This document shows positions 23,021-34,995 of a stretch of DNA of 64,000 bases, piece by piece (the stretch's first letter is position 1; each line of letters starts with the position of its first letter). The notes under the pieces are model-generated. The model saw nothing but the letters and a program-made list of their open reading frames with translations, did not search any database and was not told the DNA's origin. The position numbers and the translations under genes are program-made. Source of the stretch: Escherichia coli (GTDB lineage Bacteria; Pseudomonadota; Gammaproteobacteria; Enterobacterales; Enterobacteriaceae); assembly GCF_009931435.1 (NCBI RefSeq), contig NZ_CP043414.1. One strand, given 5' to 3'.

Positions 23021-23842
23021 ATGTCTATGCCAATAAGCAATGCCGCTAACAACAAAATTTTTACAGATAATCATTTCGCTCATCATCCAAATGCCGATAA
23101 AGAATTAGCAGACAGTATGCCCTCGCATCTTAACTCGGAAAACATCTATGTCAGACCTCTTGTTCGTGGAAATAACCATAACTATGATGGGGGAAGTGTT
23201 GTCGAAATTAGACAGCTTGAAATTGGTAAACAAGGGTATTGGCCATTCAATTACGTAACAGCCGCATGTAAAGAATCCGATGGTATTTCAATCACAGGAA
23301 ACATACGCTGTGGTACCTGGAAGGCCAGCTCAGTATTAGACGGAATATACGGTGGAGTATGTAAAAAGGCGCATGTTTCCGCAGCGTTAGAAGCTGGTCT
23401 ACGGTTTAACCTAACTATGGATTCTAAAATTCCAAACACGATACATGAAATAACCCTAGGCCCTGGTTGCAATGTTCCAGGCTATGCGGGAACCACGATA
23501 GGATACCTGGCAACACTCCCCCTTGAAAAGGTTGAAAATTGGCAAGATACAACACTGCCAAGAATTGATATCTATATTGATCAGATAATGACTGTGTCAG
23601 GGGTAGCAAATTCTTCCGGATTCGCCCTTGCTGCATTACTTAATGCTAATATTGGAATGGGAAATGACCCAATAATTGGTATAGAAGCCTATCCTGGTAC
23701 CGCTGAGATCCACGCTAAGATTGGATATAAAGTTATCCCCGGGGATGAAAATGCACATGTCAAACGTATGACTCTGCAACCGTCATCTCTCCCAGAACTG
23801 TTTGAATTAAAAAATGGTGAATGGAATTATATTGGTAAATAA
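23021..23842 (+). CDS. yjiC: hypothetical protein YjiC
   Basis: AT-rich ORF; ATG 23021 with AAAGG RBS preferred over upstream ATG 22931. Confidence 0.7.
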   Translation: MSMPISNAANNKIFTDNHFAHHPNADKELADSMPSHLNSENIYVRPLVRGNNHNYDGGSVVEIRQLEIGKQGYWPFNYVTAACKESDGISITGNIRCGTWKASSVLDGIYGGVCKKAHVSAALEAGLRFNLTMDSKIPNTIHEITLGPGCNVPGYAGTTIGYLATLPLEKVENWQDTTLPRIDIYIDQIMTVSGVANSSGFALAALLNANIGMGNDPIIGIEAYPGTAEIHAKIGYKVIPGDENAHVKRMTLQPSSLPELFELKNGEWNYIGK

Positions 23843-23982
23843 CCACGGGGAAGAATGAGTACTAACATTCAGGTTATACAGATATTTAAACAATACCCTG
23901 CAATTTACAAAGTAATACTCATTGCAACTTCTTAATTTAAGAAAGCGCAAGGAACGTTTACCCTTGCGCTTATCATAATAAG

Positions 23983-24756
23983 TCAGGCGTCGACTTTATC
24001 CAGCGGCCATGAATCAAACAGATAGCCGTCAAAATAAATATCGTCAACGTTCGAGAATTCCAGCAGACGTTGTTTAACGTTTTCCAGATGCTGCCACATT
24101 GCCAGCTTCGCCGCTCGGGCGTCTTTTTTGATTAACGCGGCGAGGATCTGTTTGTGATCGCCCAACCACTCTTTGCGATACAGGCTGTCATCCAGATGGC
24201 TGTGCAATTGGATCCACATTGGATTGTTTTCCCGCCACTGCCAGGACTGACGGAATAACTCCACCAGCATGCTGTTATGCGTTGCTTCGGCAATGGCGAG
24301 ATGGAACTGCATATCACCGCTTTCGCTGCTACCCGGCGCGCTGGAAGCCAGTTCACGCTCTTCCAGTTGCAATGCCTGACGCATTTTGACGATATCTTCG
24401 CGGGTAGCCTGCAGGGCGGCAAATTCCGCGATGTTACTTTCCAGTAACTGACGCGCCTGTAACAGCTCAAAAGGACCCGCATCATTGCAAACGTTGGCAT
24501 CCGGACCGTCTGTGTTGTGGCTGTCTGAGCTATCAAGAACATAAATACCGGCACCCCGGCGCACTTCCACCAGCCCTTTGATCTCCAGCATGATCAGCGC
24601 TTCACGTACCACCGTCCGCGTGACATCAAGCATTTCTGCAATTTCACGCTCCGGCGGCAGCCGTTCGCCAGGATTGTACGGCGTCTTTATGATCAGATCG
24701 CGGATCATCGCCCCGACTTCCTGGTAAGGTCTTTGCGCAGAAGTGGCAGATTTCAT
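23983..24756 (-). CDS. uxuR: GntR/FadR-family repressor of hexuronate utilisation
   Basis: 257-aa ORF with N-terminal GntR HTH and FadR C-domain. Confidence 0.9.
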   Translation of the reverse strand: MKSATSAQRPYQEVGAMIRDLIIKTPYNPGERLPPEREIAEMLDVTRTVVREALIMLEIKGLVEVRRGAGIYVLDSSDSHNTDGPDANVCNDAGPFELLQARQLLESNIAEFAALQATREDIVKMRQALQLEERELASSAPGSSESGDMQFHLAIAEATHNSMLVELFRQSWQWRENNPMWIQLHSHLDDSLYRKEWLGDHKQILAALIKKDARAAKLAMWQHLENVKQRLLEFSNVDDIYFDGYLFDSWPLDKVDA

Positions 24757-24793
24757 GGTGTTGTGTCCGTTAGGTGCAGTTAATCAAATTTTT

Positions 24794-24827
24794 GCCGGAT
24801 GCGGCGTGCACGCCTTATCCGGCCTAC
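24794..24827. repeat. REP element
   Basis: GCCGGATGCGGCGTGCACGCCTTATCCGGCCTAC. Confidence 0.6.
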
Positions 24828-24970
24828 AACGGGCGATTTTACGGCACCCGTCAATCTCAAACTATACCATTAGCACTGGAAGTTGGCACGTACAGGTGGG
24901 CAAAAAAACGAAAAATGGTCAACCAAATATTATTTTGATTGACCAGTAAGTCTGTTGGGTAATCAGTCAG

Positions 24971-26431
24971 TTACAGCGCAGCCACACACTCGCGCGCGCC
25001 GCGTTCACACAGTTGCTGATATGCCGCCGTCACCGCGCCAACAAAGTCGGCATTTTGCGGCAGATCATCGGCAAAAATACCGCTCAGGCCCAGCAGCGCT
25101 TTCACGCGGTCTGCGCCCTGATACTGCGCATTGATCTTCTGGAACTCCGCCAGCATCGGGTCGACCACATCAATGGCATTCCCCTGCTCATCCACCCCCT
25201 GGGTGTAACGCATCCAGCCAGCCACGCCGAGCGCCAGGTGACGCCAGCTACCGCCGTTTTGCAGGTGCAGACGCACCGGGTCCAACAGGCGCTGCGGTAA
25301 CTTCTGGCTGCCGTCCATCGCAATCTGCCAGGTACGGTGACGCAGAGACGGGTTGCTGAAACGCTCGATCAGCAGCGTCGCATAGGCGTTCAGGTCCGTA
25401 CCTTCCGGCATCGACAGCGTTGGCGCTTGTTCCTGCATCATCAGGGCAAAGGCCGCTTTGCGATAATCCGGGTTAGTCATGGTGTCGGCAATAGTTTCAT
25501 AGCCGCCGAGGTAACCGAGGTACGCCAGGAAAGAGTGGCTGCCGTTCAGCATACGCAGTTTCATCATTTCGAACGGCACAACGTCTGCAACGAACTGTGC
25601 GCCCACTTTATCCCAGTCCGGGCGACCATTAACGAAGTTATCTTCAATGACCCACTGACGGAATGGTTCGCAGGCAATGGCGCACGGGTCGTAAACGCCC
25701 AGCTGGTCAGCAATTTCCTGCAACGTTTCTGGGGTAGCTGCCGGAACGATGCGGTCAACCATGGTGCACGGGAAGGTGACGTTCTCTTCAATCCATGCCG
25801 CCAGTTGCGGATCACGCGCCTGAGCCAGCCCCAGAACGGCAACTTTCGCTACATGGCCGTTTTCACGCACGTTGTCGCAGGACATCACCGTAAACGCTTT
25901 CAACCCTTTCTCACGACGCAGGCGCAAGGCTTCGACGATGTAACCAATCGCCGACTTCGGCGCAGTCGGGTTTTCCAGATCGTGCTTAATCAGCGGATTA
26001 TTGAGATCCAGCTGACCGCTTGCCGCATCGGCGCAGTAACCTTTTTCCGTGACCGTCAGGGAGACAATCGCCGTCTGCGGACGCGCCATCGCGTTGAGAA
26101 TACCTTCACAACCGTCGATTTCCGGGTGCAGCGCTTCTTTCATCGAGCCAATAATTTTCAGCTCGGTGCTTTCTGCGCCTTTTTCCGCTACGGTGTACAG
26201 CAGTTGCTGTTTTTTCAGGTTTTCGATCAGCACACGGTCGTTGCCTGGCATCAGGTTAACTTCGCAGATCCCCCAGTCGCTATCCGTGCTTTCCAGCAGG
26301 TGATGGGTGTACAGCGCCTGGTGCGCGCGGTGAAACGCCCCGCAACCGAGATGCACAATGCGTGATTCCAGACGAGAATGATCCCATGACGGGCGGGCAA
26401 CCGGCAGATTGCTGTCAACAATAGTAGTCAT
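24971..26431 (-). CDS. uxuB: D-mannonate oxidoreductase (fructuronate reductase)
   Basis: 486-aa mannitol-dehydrogenase-family ORF (HLGCGAFHRAHQ NAD-binding N-terminus). Confidence 0.9.
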   Translation of the reverse strand: MTTIVDSNLPVARPSWDHSRLESRIVHLGCGAFHRAHQALYTHHLLESTDSDWGICEVNLMPGNDRVLIENLKKQQLLYTVAEKGAESTELKIIGSMKEALHPEIDGCEGILNAMARPQTAIVSLTVTEKGYCADAASGQLDLNNPLIKHDLENPTAPKSAIGYIVEALRLRREKGLKAFTVMSCDNVRENGHVAKVAVLGLAQARDPQLAAWIEENVTFPCTMVDRIVPAATPETLQEIADQLGVYDPCAIACEPFRQWVIEDNFVNGRPDWDKVGAQFVADVVPFEMMKLRMLNGSHSFLAYLGYLGGYETIADTMTNPDYRKAAFALMMQEQAPTLSMPEGTDLNAYATLLIERFSNPSLRHRTWQIAMDGSQKLPQRLLDPVRLHLQNGGSWRHLALGVAGWMRYTQGVDEQGNAIDVVDPMLAEFQKINAQYQGADRVKALLGLSGIFADDLPQNADFVGAVTAAYQQLCERGARECVAAL

Positions 26432-26511
26432 CGTAAACTCCAGAATCCGTCTTCAGAGAGTGACGGCAAGGAAGAAGGAACCGGCACGGCGCGCAGCCAT
26501 GCCGGTGGATA

Positions 26512-27696
26512 TTAACGGCTAAAGAAAGCGCGCTGGATCGCCATTTCGACACCGCGAACTTCGGCCAGGCCTTTCAGACGACCAATCGCGGAGTAACCTG
26601 GGTTGGTTTTCTTCTTCAGGTCGTCCAGCATCTGATGACCGTGGTCCGGACGCATCGGGATCAGGTCTTCTTTGCCTTCCGCTTTACGACGGTGTTCTTC
26701 TTCAACAATCGCTTTCACCACTTCGTACATATCAACGTCACCGTTCAGGTGCGCCGCTTCGTGGAAGGTTTTCGGGTTATCTTCACGCATGGTGGAACGC
26801 AGATGGGTGAAGTAAATACGCGGACCGAACTGCTTGATCATATCAACCAGATCGTTGTCAGCACGCACGCCGTAGGAACCGGTGCACATGGTGAAACCGT
26901 TCGCCATGCTGTTTACGGTATCAACCATCCACTGCATATCTTCAATGGTGGAAACGATACGCGGCAGGCCGAGGATTGGGCGCGGCGGATCGTCCGGGTG
27001 AACAGCCATACGCACGCCAACTTCTTCCGCAACTGGAATGATCGCCTTCAGGAAGACCGCAAAGTTTTCGCGCAGTTTGGCTTTGTCGATATCTTTGTAC
27101 AGCTCCAGGTGCTTACGGAACTGGTCAAGGGTGTAGCCTTCTTCCGCGCCCGGCAGACCGGCAATGATGTTACGGGTCAGACGCGCTTTGTCTTCGTCGC
27201 TCATAGTGGCGAAGCGTTCAGCGGCCTGAGCAATTTCTTCTTCGGTGTAATCCGCTTCCGCGCCTGGACGCTTGAGGATGTGCATTTCAAACGCAGCAAA
27301 TTCGATCTGGTCGAAGCGCAGAGCTTTGGAGCCATCTGGCAGCACGTATTCGAGGTCAGTACGGGTCCAGTCGAGCACCGGCATGAAGTTGTAGCACACG
27401 GTGCGAATGCCGCACTGCGCCAGATTGCGCAGAGTTTGCTGATAGTTAGCGATCCACTGCTCGTAGTTGCCAGTATGAGTTTTGATATCTTCGTGAATTG
27501 GCACGCTTTCTACGACAGACCACACCAGGCCTGCGTCTTCAACGATCGCCTTGCGTTTGAGGATCTCTTCTACGGACCATACTTCCCCGTTCGGGATATG
27601 GTGCAAAGCGGTAACCACGCCAGTCGCGCCCGCCTGACGGACATCAGCTAAAGTGACCGGATCATTAGGGCCGTACCAGCGCCAGGTCTGTTCCAT
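26512..27696 (-). CDS. uxuA: mannonate dehydratase (394 aa)
   Basis: UxuA-family sequence ([14 protein letters not shown]); ATG 27696 preferred over 27732. Confidence 0.9.
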   Translation of the reverse strand: MEQTWRWYGPNDPVTLADVRQAGATGVVTALHHIPNGEVWSVEEILKRKAIVEDAGLVWSVVESVPIHEDIKTHTGNYEQWIANYQQTLRNLAQCGIRTVCYNFMPVLDWTRTDLEYVLPDGSKALRFDQIEFAAFEMHILKRPGAEADYTEEEIAQAAERFATMSDEDKARLTRNIIAGLPGAEEGYTLDQFRKHLELYKDIDKAKLRENFAVFLKAIIPVAEEVGVRMAVHPDDPPRPILGLPRIVSTIEDMQWMVDTVNSMANGFTMCTGSYGVRADNDLVDMIKQFGPRIYFTHLRSTMREDNPKTFHEAAHLNGDVDMYEVVKAIVEEEHRRKAEGKEDLIPMRPDHGHQMLDDLKKKTNPGYSAIGRLKGLAEVRGVEMAIQRAFFSR

Positions 27697-28035
27697 GATT
27701 TTTCCTCTTTCACATAGTGGGTTCCACAGCAAAGAGACGCGGAACCCTGGAGTTGTTTAGGTATCCGGATGAACAACCAGACCGCAGCCGTGGCATTGCA
27801 TCGGATGAGATGGCGTATAAGTTCTACCTTTTGGTAAGACATGTCAACCCGAATTCTAAAATTGGTTAACCACATCACAAGATTTTCACGCGCACGCTCG
27901 TTGCTGCAAATTGCAGCAACGGGTAATTGATAGTTATTAATCAGAGGGTGTGACATTCATCGCAACAATGGTTGACCAATTTACATAACATGTCGCCCAA
28001 AATAACAACGGTTCAACCAGGTAAGGTAAAACGTT

Positions 28036-29379
28036 ATGCATGTGCTTAACATTCTTTGGGTAGTATTCGGTATCGGCCTGATGCTGGTACTGAATTTGAA
28101 GTTCAAAATCAATTCAATGGTGGCTTTGCTAGTGGCGGCGCTGTCCGTCGGGATGTTGGCGGGCATGGATTTGATGTCGCTGCTGCACACCATGAAAGCG
28201 GGCTTCGGCAACACGCTGGGGGAACTGGCAATCATTGTTGTGTTCGGTGCGGTCATTGGTAAATTGATGGTCGACTCCGGCGCGGCGCACCAGATAGCGC
28301 ATACGCTGCTGGCGCGTCTCGGCCTGCGCTATGTCCAGATATCGGTGATTATCATCGGCCTGATTTTTGGTCTGGCGATGTTCTATGAAGTGGCCTTTAT
28401 CATGTTAGCGCCGCTGGTTATCGTCATTGCCGCCGAAGCTAAAATTCCGTTCCTGAAACTGGCTATTCCGGCAGTAGCGGCTGCTACCACCGCACATTCA
28501 CTTTTCCCTCCGCAGCCGGGTCCGGTGGCGCTGGTGAATGCTTATGGTGCAGATATGGGGATGGTTTATATCTATGGCGTACTGGTGACGATCCCAAGTG
28601 TCATCTGCGCAGGTCTGATCCTGCCGAAGTTCCTCGGCAATCTTGAGCGCCCAACGCCATCATTCCTGAAAGCAGATCAACCGGTAGATATGAATAATCT
28701 GCCCTCTTTCGGCGTTTCGATTCTGGTGCCGCTGATCCCGGCAATCATTATGATCTCCACCACCATCGCCAATATCTGGCTGGCCAAAGACACCCCTGCG
28801 TGGGAAGTCGTTAACTTTATAGGTTCATCGCCGATTGCAATGTTTATTGCGATGGTGGTTGCATTCATACTCTTTGGCACCGCGCGTGGTCATGACATGC
28901 AGTGGGTGATGAACGCCTTTGAAAGCGCGGTAAAAAGCATTGCGATGGTGATTCTGATCATCGGTGCGGGTGGCGTGCTGAAGCAGACCATCATCGATAC
29001 CGGCATTGGTGACACCATTGGCATGTTGATGTCACACGGCAATATCTCGCCGTACATCATGGCGTGGCTGATCACTGTGCTAATTCGTCTGGCGACGGGT
29101 CAAGGTGTGGTTTCGGCGATGACTGCCGCCGGGATTATCAGTGCTGCAATCCTTGATCCAGCAACCGGTCAACTGGTTGGCGTGAATCCGGCGCTGCTGG
29201 TGCTGGCGACAGCTGCAGGTTCCAACACCCTCACCCACATTAATGATGCCTCATTCTGGCTGTTCAAAGGTTACTTTGACCTGTCAGTAAAAGACACGTT
29301 GAAAACATGGGGTCTGCTGGAGCTGGTCAACTCCGTGGTTGGGCTGATTATTGTGTTGATTATTAGCATGGTAGCGTAA
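28036..29379 (+). CDS. gntP: GntP-family gluconate/fructuronate transporter
   Basis: 447-aa polytopic ORF; divergent from uxuA. Confidence 0.9.
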   Translation: MHVLNILWVVFGIGLMLVLNLKFKINSMVALLVAALSVGMLAGMDLMSLLHTMKAGFGNTLGELAIIVVFGAVIGKLMVDSGAAHQIAHTLLARLGLRYVQISVIIIGLIFGLAMFYEVAFIMLAPLVIVIAAEAKIPFLKLAIPAVAAATTAHSLFPPQPGPVALVNAYGADMGMVYIYGVLVTIPSVICAGLILPKFLGNLERPTPSFLKADQPVDMNNLPSFGVSILVPLIPAIIMISTTIANIWLAKDTPAWEVVNFIGSSPIAMFIAMVVAFILFGTARGHDMQWVMNAFESAVKSIAMVILIIGAGGVLKQTIIDTGIGDTIGMLMSHGNISPYIMAWLITVLIRLATGQGVVSAMTAAGIISAAILDPATGQLVGVNPALLVLATAAGSNTLTHINDASFWLFKGYFDLSVKDTLKTWGLLELVNSVVGLIIVLIISMVA

Positions 29380-29444
29380 AAGAACACCAGAGCCTGCCAA
29401 TGGCAGGCTCAGTTCGGATTGTCGGCAAAGTGCGCTTTGTTTAT

Positions 29445-29480
29445 GCCAGATGCGACGCTGACGCGTCTTATCTGGCCTAC
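29445..29480. repeat. REP element
   Basis: GCCAGATGCGACGCTGACGCGTCTTATCTGGCCTAC preceded by the same GGCAAAGTGCGCTTTGTT motif seen at 1025. Confidence 0.6.
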
Positions 29481-29552
29481 AAAGGGCTAACGTGCAGGTT
29501 TTTAGCTTCAGGCAATATTGCGTACCAGCATTAGCAATGTTCTGTGATTTCT

Positions 29553-30455
29553 TTATTGATAAACAAAAGTCACGCCAATAATCGATTGCACATTCCCTGC
29601 AGTCACCTGCCCTCCGGTACGTGCGTAATTTGCCGTTAATCCCAGACTTACCGCCGAAGTCCCTACTGCTCCTAACGATACCGTGTTATTCGCTGGAATA
29701 ATCGTACCGTTGCGCGTTAACTGTACGCCGACGCCCTGTGCTGGTGAAAACGACGCGGTATTGGTGAAAATCGAATTGCCCGCATCTGCGGTTGTGCCGG
29801 AGAGGTAATACCCCAGGTTCTGGCTTTTCGCACAATAAACGGTAAGAGGAATAGGTACCGAACCGGGATAGTCCGGCAGAGTCACGGTGACATCACGAGC
29901 AGAAACATCACAGCCACCAGTGGGCACCACCACATCATTATTGGCGTAAATATTCCACACAAACTGGAAATCATCGCTGTTATAGTTATTGGTCTGTCGC
30001 AAAATAAGCACGGCAATTAATGAGCCAGCTTTAATCGCCACCCCGCCCGCACTGCTCACAGGCGTCAAATAAAGCGCCACCGGCCACGGCTTATCCGTTC
30101 TCGAATTATAAACAACGCGCGGCGTTTCGCTGGTGGTAGGAAATGGATAGCTACTGCCACTATATTTTACGGTCCCGGAAAAATGAGATAACACGCCGCC
30201 ATAAGCCGAACCTCGTTGCAGTGTGACATAGTCTGTAATGGTTTCCGGGTAATCGTTATGGCAAAAGATTTGCGTCGAAAGATCTACGACCAGGTTTTGC
30301 CCCACATTCACGGCGGGCGCAAGGTTTACATAAACATTGGCGCTGCCACCGCCAATAGGGATAGCGGTGCCATTGGCGGTTTTACAGGCGAATGACCAGG
30401 CATTTACCGACCAGCCCATCAGCAGTACAGCAAACAGGGTAATAACTCGTTTCAT
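29553..30455 (-). CDS. fimH: type 1 fimbrial tip adhesin (mannose-binding), 300-aa precursor
   Basis: FimH sequence (MKRVITLFAVLLMGWSVNAWSFACKTANGTAIPIGGGSANVYVNLAP); last gene of fim operon. Confidence 0.9.
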   Translation of the reverse strand: MKRVITLFAVLLMGWSVNAWSFACKTANGTAIPIGGGSANVYVNLAPAVNVGQNLVVDLSTQIFCHNDYPETITDYVTLQRGSAYGGVLSHFSGTVKYSGSSYPFPTTSETPRVVYNSRTDKPWPVALYLTPVSSAGGVAIKAGSLIAVLILRQTNNYNSDDFQFVWNIYANNDVVVPTGGCDVSARDVTVTLPDYPGSVPIPLTVYCAKSQNLGYYLSGTTADAGNSIFTNTASFSPAQGVGVQLTRNGTIIPANNTVSLGAVGTSAVSLGLTANYARTGGQVTAGNVQSIIGVTFVYQ

Positions 30456-30474
30456 TACAATCATCTCTTCGGAT

Positions 30475-30978
30475 TCAGCTGTAGGTATAGGTGATGCTAA
30501 TCACTGCCTGAATGGTTCCCTGAGTGGCTCCGCCATTTACCGTCAATGCTCTGACCTGTAACGGGAAGTGCGCTGATTGTGAGGAATCATCCACCTGAAC
30601 TGTTTTGGTTGCGCCAGTATTCAATGTGTTGCCACTGTCATCTTGCAGCTCTAACTGGATGTTTTGCGCGGTCCCCTGGTTTTTATAATATCCCGTACTA
30701 TCGGCTGCCCCGCTGAAGCTGGCGGTGACCCTCGATGTTCCCACCGGACAATGAGTCAACTCTAACGCAACATCATGCCAGGCCGATGCCGCACCGGCAG
30801 ACACGAGACTGAAAGAATAAAGATCGCCGAGATCAACCGTGGCATTAGTGGTGGAAACCGTGCACGGTTTGGCGACGACCTTACCGTTCACGGTGATCGT
30901 GACATCGGCTGCCTGTAGCGTCGCACTTACGAGCGTCAACATTGCCGCCAATAAACACCCACGTTTGCGCCATTTCAT
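30475..30978 (-). CDS. fimG: type 1 fimbrial minor subunit
   Basis: Pilin-like ORF between fimF and fimH. Confidence 0.85.
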   Translation of the reverse strand: MKWRKRGCLLAAMLTLVSATLQAADVTITVNGKVVAKPCTVSTTNATVDLGDLYSFSLVSAGAASAWHDVALELTHCPVGTSRVTASFSGAADSTGYYKNQGTAQNIQLELQDDSGNTLNTGATKTVQVDDSSQSAHFPLQVRALTVNGGATQGTIQAVISITYTYS

Positions 30979-30990
30979 GAGCATCTCCAG

Positions 30991-31524
30991 TTACTGATAT
31001 TCAAGAGTGAAGGTAGCCGTGGCATTGATATGCCCCGCAGTGACCGGCACCTGTGTCGCCATTAACCGGGCGTAAAAATTCAGCGTATTTGGTTTACCCG
31101 GCGTCAGGGTCGTCCACGAAATCGCGGAGGATGGCGCATTAAGGGGGATCTGATTTTGTTGCTCATTCAGAAGCTGTATTCCCAGCCCCGCAGCCGCTGA
31201 CACCGTATTTTCAAGTGCAAGCAGGTTGGCATTGTGTCTATCTGCAACGCCGGTAAACCCAACCTTTACGGCAGAAACGGCATTACCACAGGGTGACAGC
31301 AAAATACGAAATGGAACGACAGGAGTCGTCGCGCCAATGTTGTTAAATTGCTTCGCCGCGTTTTCCATCAGATCAACAGTAAAATTGGTTGATTCAGCGG
31401 CCACACTACAGCCGTTATCTCTGACATAGCCGCGGATAGTAATCGTGCTATCCGCAGCCAAAGCGTGACTTACCGCCAGCCACAAAAAAGCGCACAGAAG
31501 ATAAAAAGGTTTGCTTTTCATCAC
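30991..31524 (-). CDS. fimF: type 1 fimbrial minor subunit
   Basis: Pilin-like ORF downstream of fimD. Confidence 0.85.
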   Translation of the reverse strand: MMKSKPFYLLCAFLWLAVSHALAADSTITIRGYVRDNGCSVAAESTNFTVDLMENAAKQFNNIGATTPVVPFRILLSPCGNAVSAVKVGFTGVADRHNANLLALENTVSAAAGLGIQLLNEQQNQIPLNAPSSAISWTTLTPGKPNTLNFYARLMATQVPVTAGHINATATFTLEYQ

Positions 31525-31530
31525 GCCCCC

Positions 31531-34167
31531 TTAACGACATTCAGCTGATAGCTGGGTTAATAACTGCTGCTGACTCTCTGGTGGCAGTTGATAATTGGCG
31601 ACACAGTGAGCATTTTCCTCTTCTCCCCATTTCACCTGAACTTTTCCCGCTAAAGGCATCCCGCTGAGATAAACCTGACCATTATCCGCAACAATGCCGC
31701 TACTCTGGCTACTCTCTGATGTGACCATCGCCCCAAACGGCAGCGGCTTATTATTATGGGTTAGCGTCATGAGCAGTTTTATCCCAACACGCGCTTTAAA
31801 CTCTGCTCGCACAATTGCCCCACGGGTGGGAACAACGTTAGCGACCGCGTTATCTAAATCGACGTTATCAGCCAGGGTATTGGTATCCAGCGCCACTCTA
31901 TTTTCCCGATATTCTGTGGCATAAGGCAGCACGGCATAGCCGCGCCAGTCGGTACGCACCCCCGTCTGGTTTTCAACTTTTGCATCTTTTGCGCCGGGCG
32001 CTTTAACAAGCACCACCGTATCGTTTAACGGCTGCCCCAGCGTTACGCCATTGGCATGAGCCAATACCCCACCGCTGATTCCGTAATAGAGCTGCTTAAT
32101 ATCATCGCTATGGCTGTAACCAATGTTGGCATTGCCGTAGCCACCGCGATAATTCAGCGCGGCGTAGCCTGTACTTCCGCTATTACCATCGCCTCCCCCG
32201 GCATAGCCGGTTTGCACGCTATAGCTGAGGTTATTGTCTTCCAGCAACGTACCGTATACGCCCGCAAGGTTGGTCATCCGACCGTTGAGATCGTGTGACA
32301 TGCTGTAGCTGGCACTGGCATGTCGCCACTGAGATTTACTGTCAGAACGCAGCCAGTGGCTGAAAGGAATATTGACGTTAAGAGCCAACATCTGATCCCG
32401 TCCTTTTTGCCACGCGTTTTTCGTCAGGCTATAGCTGAGCGTCCAGTTGATATCTTCGAAAGCAGTATTTAATCCAGCCTGGAATTGCTCATCGACATTA
32501 CTCGTTCCCCAATAAGTTTGATGGCTACCACTCAAATACAGTGTTGATGTGCGTCCGAGTTGCTGAGTAACAGTGAGCTGTAATTTCCCGCGTTTGTTAT
32601 AAGCGAGATTGTAATAGTCGGTAAATTTCGGCTTAACCTGAATAACACCATCCTGTGTTTCGATGTTGTAGCCACTCATTCGGCTGTATGTTGTATCAGC
32701 AAAATTAAAATACCCGCTGGTCGAGTAACGGTAACCCACTAACTGAAAATTCGTACCTGACTCATTGAGCGATTTGTTATAGAGAAAACGCACCGATTGC
32801 CCGTCATGCTGACTGTCATCAGGAAGTGTGGAATTAGCCTGCGTCATATCCACAGACAGAGCGCCCAGTGCCCCCATGTTTTTCCCGATACCGAAATTAA
32901 AAGCGCGATAACGATCCGCCAGTTGCGTTCCACCATATATTGTCCAGCCAGCCGGAAGGCCGTGGAGTAATGTACTCTGGAAAAAACGGGGTTTATCCTG
33001 TTGCGCATTTCCACTACGGTATTCTCCTGCCGTAATGGAATAACGTGTATGCCCTTCACGTTGCAAAAGCGGGACTGACGAATAGGGTACGGTAAAAATC
33101 TGCGTGCTGCCGTCAGCCTCTTTAATCGTTACCTGCAAGTCACCACTATTACCTGCGGCATAGATATCGTTGATGGTAAAAGGCCCCGGTGGCACCGTAC
33201 TATTATAAATGTCATACCCATTTTGTTTAATAGTGACCTGTGCAGTACCACGAGCAATACCGTGGATCACCGGGGCAAATCCTCTTTGGCTATCGGGTAA
33301 CATATTGTCATCTGAGGCCAATTGTGCGCCGCGGAAGTTAATACCATCAAAAATATCGCCCTGAGTATAACTATCACCCAGCGTCAGCCGGGAACGCAAC
33401 GGTATTATGTCTCGCTCAAGCCAGGTATTGATATGTTGCCATTTATTTTTGCTACCTGATGAACTGTCGCTACTGTTATAACTCCAGGTGGTATTGTCGC
33501 GTAAACGCCATGCACCAATATTTAACCCACTCTGTAGGTTTAAATATGCATAATGGCTGTTACCACCAATCCGATTCTGTACACTATTTCCGCTGAAATT
33601 ATAATTGAGCAATCCGGCATTAATACCGGGGTCCCATAACTCTGGAGGAATATAACCACGCGCGCGATTACTCATAAATGCCTGAGGGATCGTCAGGTTG
33701 AGTCGCTGCTGACCAACATCTAAATGCGCAGTAGCGTCATGGATCATTGTAGTTAATGGCACGCAGGCATCATCCGCCAGCAAATTCATACCGGAGACAG
33801 AAGCCGTATTCAGCCCCATACTGGCAAGTTGAGCGCGCGTCAGGCAGGGAACAATCCCTTGTTCACTGTCGCCCGTATTAAAGGTGACATCACGCGTTGC
33901 CATATAACCATTATTCAAATAGATATCGACGCGATACGTCCCAGGTGGTAATTCTTGACCATTCTCAAAACGCGATAAATCAGCCACAGCCTGGGGATCA
34001 TCCGCTAAAAAACGCGGGTTAAAATAGAGTTCGGCAGATGACAAAGGTGCCTGTGTGGCAAAAACACAGGCAACAGAGAGCCGAACAAAAAAACCAGCCA
34101 GACGAGGCTTACGAATATGCAAGCATTGTGTGTTTCGCTGGTAAAGTCTTAAATTCAGATATGACAT
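31531..34167 (-). CDS. fimD: type 1 fimbrial outer-membrane usher (878 aa)
   Basis: Usher-family ORF of expected length. Confidence 0.9.
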   Translation of the reverse strand: MSYLNLRLYQRNTQCLHIRKPRLAGFFVRLSVACVFATQAPLSSAELYFNPRFLADDPQAVADLSRFENGQELPPGTYRVDIYLNNGYMATRDVTFNTGDSEQGIVPCLTRAQLASMGLNTASVSGMNLLADDACVPLTTMIHDATAHLDVGQQRLNLTIPQAFMSNRARGYIPPELWDPGINAGLLNYNFSGNSVQNRIGGNSHYAYLNLQSGLNIGAWRLRDNTTWSYNSSDSSSGSKNKWQHINTWLERDIIPLRSRLTLGDSYTQGDIFDGINFRGAQLASDDNMLPDSQRGFAPVIHGIARGTAQVTIKQNGYDIYNSTVPPGPFTINDIYAAGNSGDLQVTIKEADGSTQIFTVPYSSVPLLQREGHTRYSITAGEYRSGNAQQDKPRFFQSTLLHGLPAGWTIYGGTQLADRYRAFNFGIGKNMGALGALSVDMTQANSTLPDDSQHDGQSVRFLYNKSLNESGTNFQLVGYRYSTSGYFNFADTTYSRMSGYNIETQDGVIQVKPKFTDYYNLAYNKRGKLQLTVTQQLGRTSTLYLSGSHQTYWGTSNVDEQFQAGLNTAFEDINWTLSYSLTKNAWQKGRDQMLALNVNIPFSHWLRSDSKSQWRHASASYSMSHDLNGRMTNLAGVYGTLLEDNNLSYSVQTGYAGGGDGNSGSTGYAALNYRGGYGNANIGYSHSDDIKQLYYGISGGVLAHANGVTLGQPLNDTVVLVKAPGAKDAKVENQTGVRTDWRGYAVLPYATEYRENRVALDTNTLADNVDLDNAVANVVPTRGAIVRAEFKARVGIKLLMTLTHNNKPLPFGAMVTSESSQSSGIVADNGQVYLSGMPLAGKVQVKWGEEENAHCVANYQLPPESQQQLLTQLSAECR

Positions 34168-34233
34168 TATTCCTCCGGTTTAAAATTACCCGGCAGTCAA
34201 TTCTTTTTATTCAGGCGAAAAATTCCCCCTGCG

Positions 34234-34959
34234 TTATTCCATTACGCCCGTCATTTTTGGGGTAAGTGCGCCATAATCATTTATTGTTCGGTAAGTAATA
34301 TTGCTTCCTGCATCAGAAGGCAATTTAACCGTGCTTTCGCCCATTGGAGGCACCAAGGCATTTTCAAGAACCCGGGCTCCGGCATTCAACTCTGTTACCG
34401 TCAGGTAATAGGGTGTCGGGTTAATCAGCGTCAGAGAATTCGCGCTACGACGAAATCTTAACTTTTCTGCGGCCTGATCGGGTGGCAACGCTAATTTAGC
34501 CGGGCGATAGTACAATTTAATGCGGCTGATAATTGCGAGCTGTAGCGTATTCTCAGTCAATTTTGATTTATCCATTGACGGAATCGCTTTAACGTTCATC
34601 CAGAATAAACTTTCCCGATCCTGTGGCAATTGGTTATTTGTGGCATCAAGAATACGCAAGGTATTCTCTTTTTTTCCCTTCATCGCAAACAGAGGAGGCG
34701 TCACGATAAAACGACCATCCTTTACACCATCGGCATTTTCTACCCATGATTGAATTAAATAGGTGCTATTTTCATCATTATTTGTCACGGCAAGTTGTAC
34801 TTGTTTTTGCCCTGCCGGATAAATAACGCGAGTCGCACCTAAGGCCACTCCTGCTTCCGCGCGTCCGGCAGCCATCATTGCCATGATCATCAGGATACCT
34901 GCCAGCAAGCAGAATGTTATTTCCTGCAATTTCCTTACATTGACGTTTTTATTACTCAC
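34234..34959 (-). CDS. fimC: type 1 fimbrial periplasmic chaperone (241 aa)
   Basis: PapD-like chaperone ORF. Confidence 0.9.
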   Translation of the reverse strand: MSNKNVNVRKLQEITFCLLAGILMIMAMMAAGRAEAGVALGATRVIYPAGQKQVQLAVTNNDENSTYLIQSWVENADGVKDGRFIVTPPLFAMKGKKENTLRILDATNNQLPQDRESLFWMNVKAIPSMDKSKLTENTLQLAIISRIKLYYRPAKLALPPDQAAEKLRFRRSANSLTLINPTPYYLTVTELNAGARVLENALVPPMGESTVKLPSDAGSNITYRTINDYGALTPKMTGVME

Positions 34960-34995
34960 TGTCCTGTTCCTGTTATCACATTATCTGCTGAACAA

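Noticed and set aside
25337-26365. 342-aa ORF on the plus strand
   Set aside because: Entirely antisense to uxuB; Arg/Val/Phe-rich low-complexity translation typical of a shadow ORF; no RBS.
26635-27651. 338-aa ORF on the plus strand
   Set aside because: Antisense shadow of uxuA.
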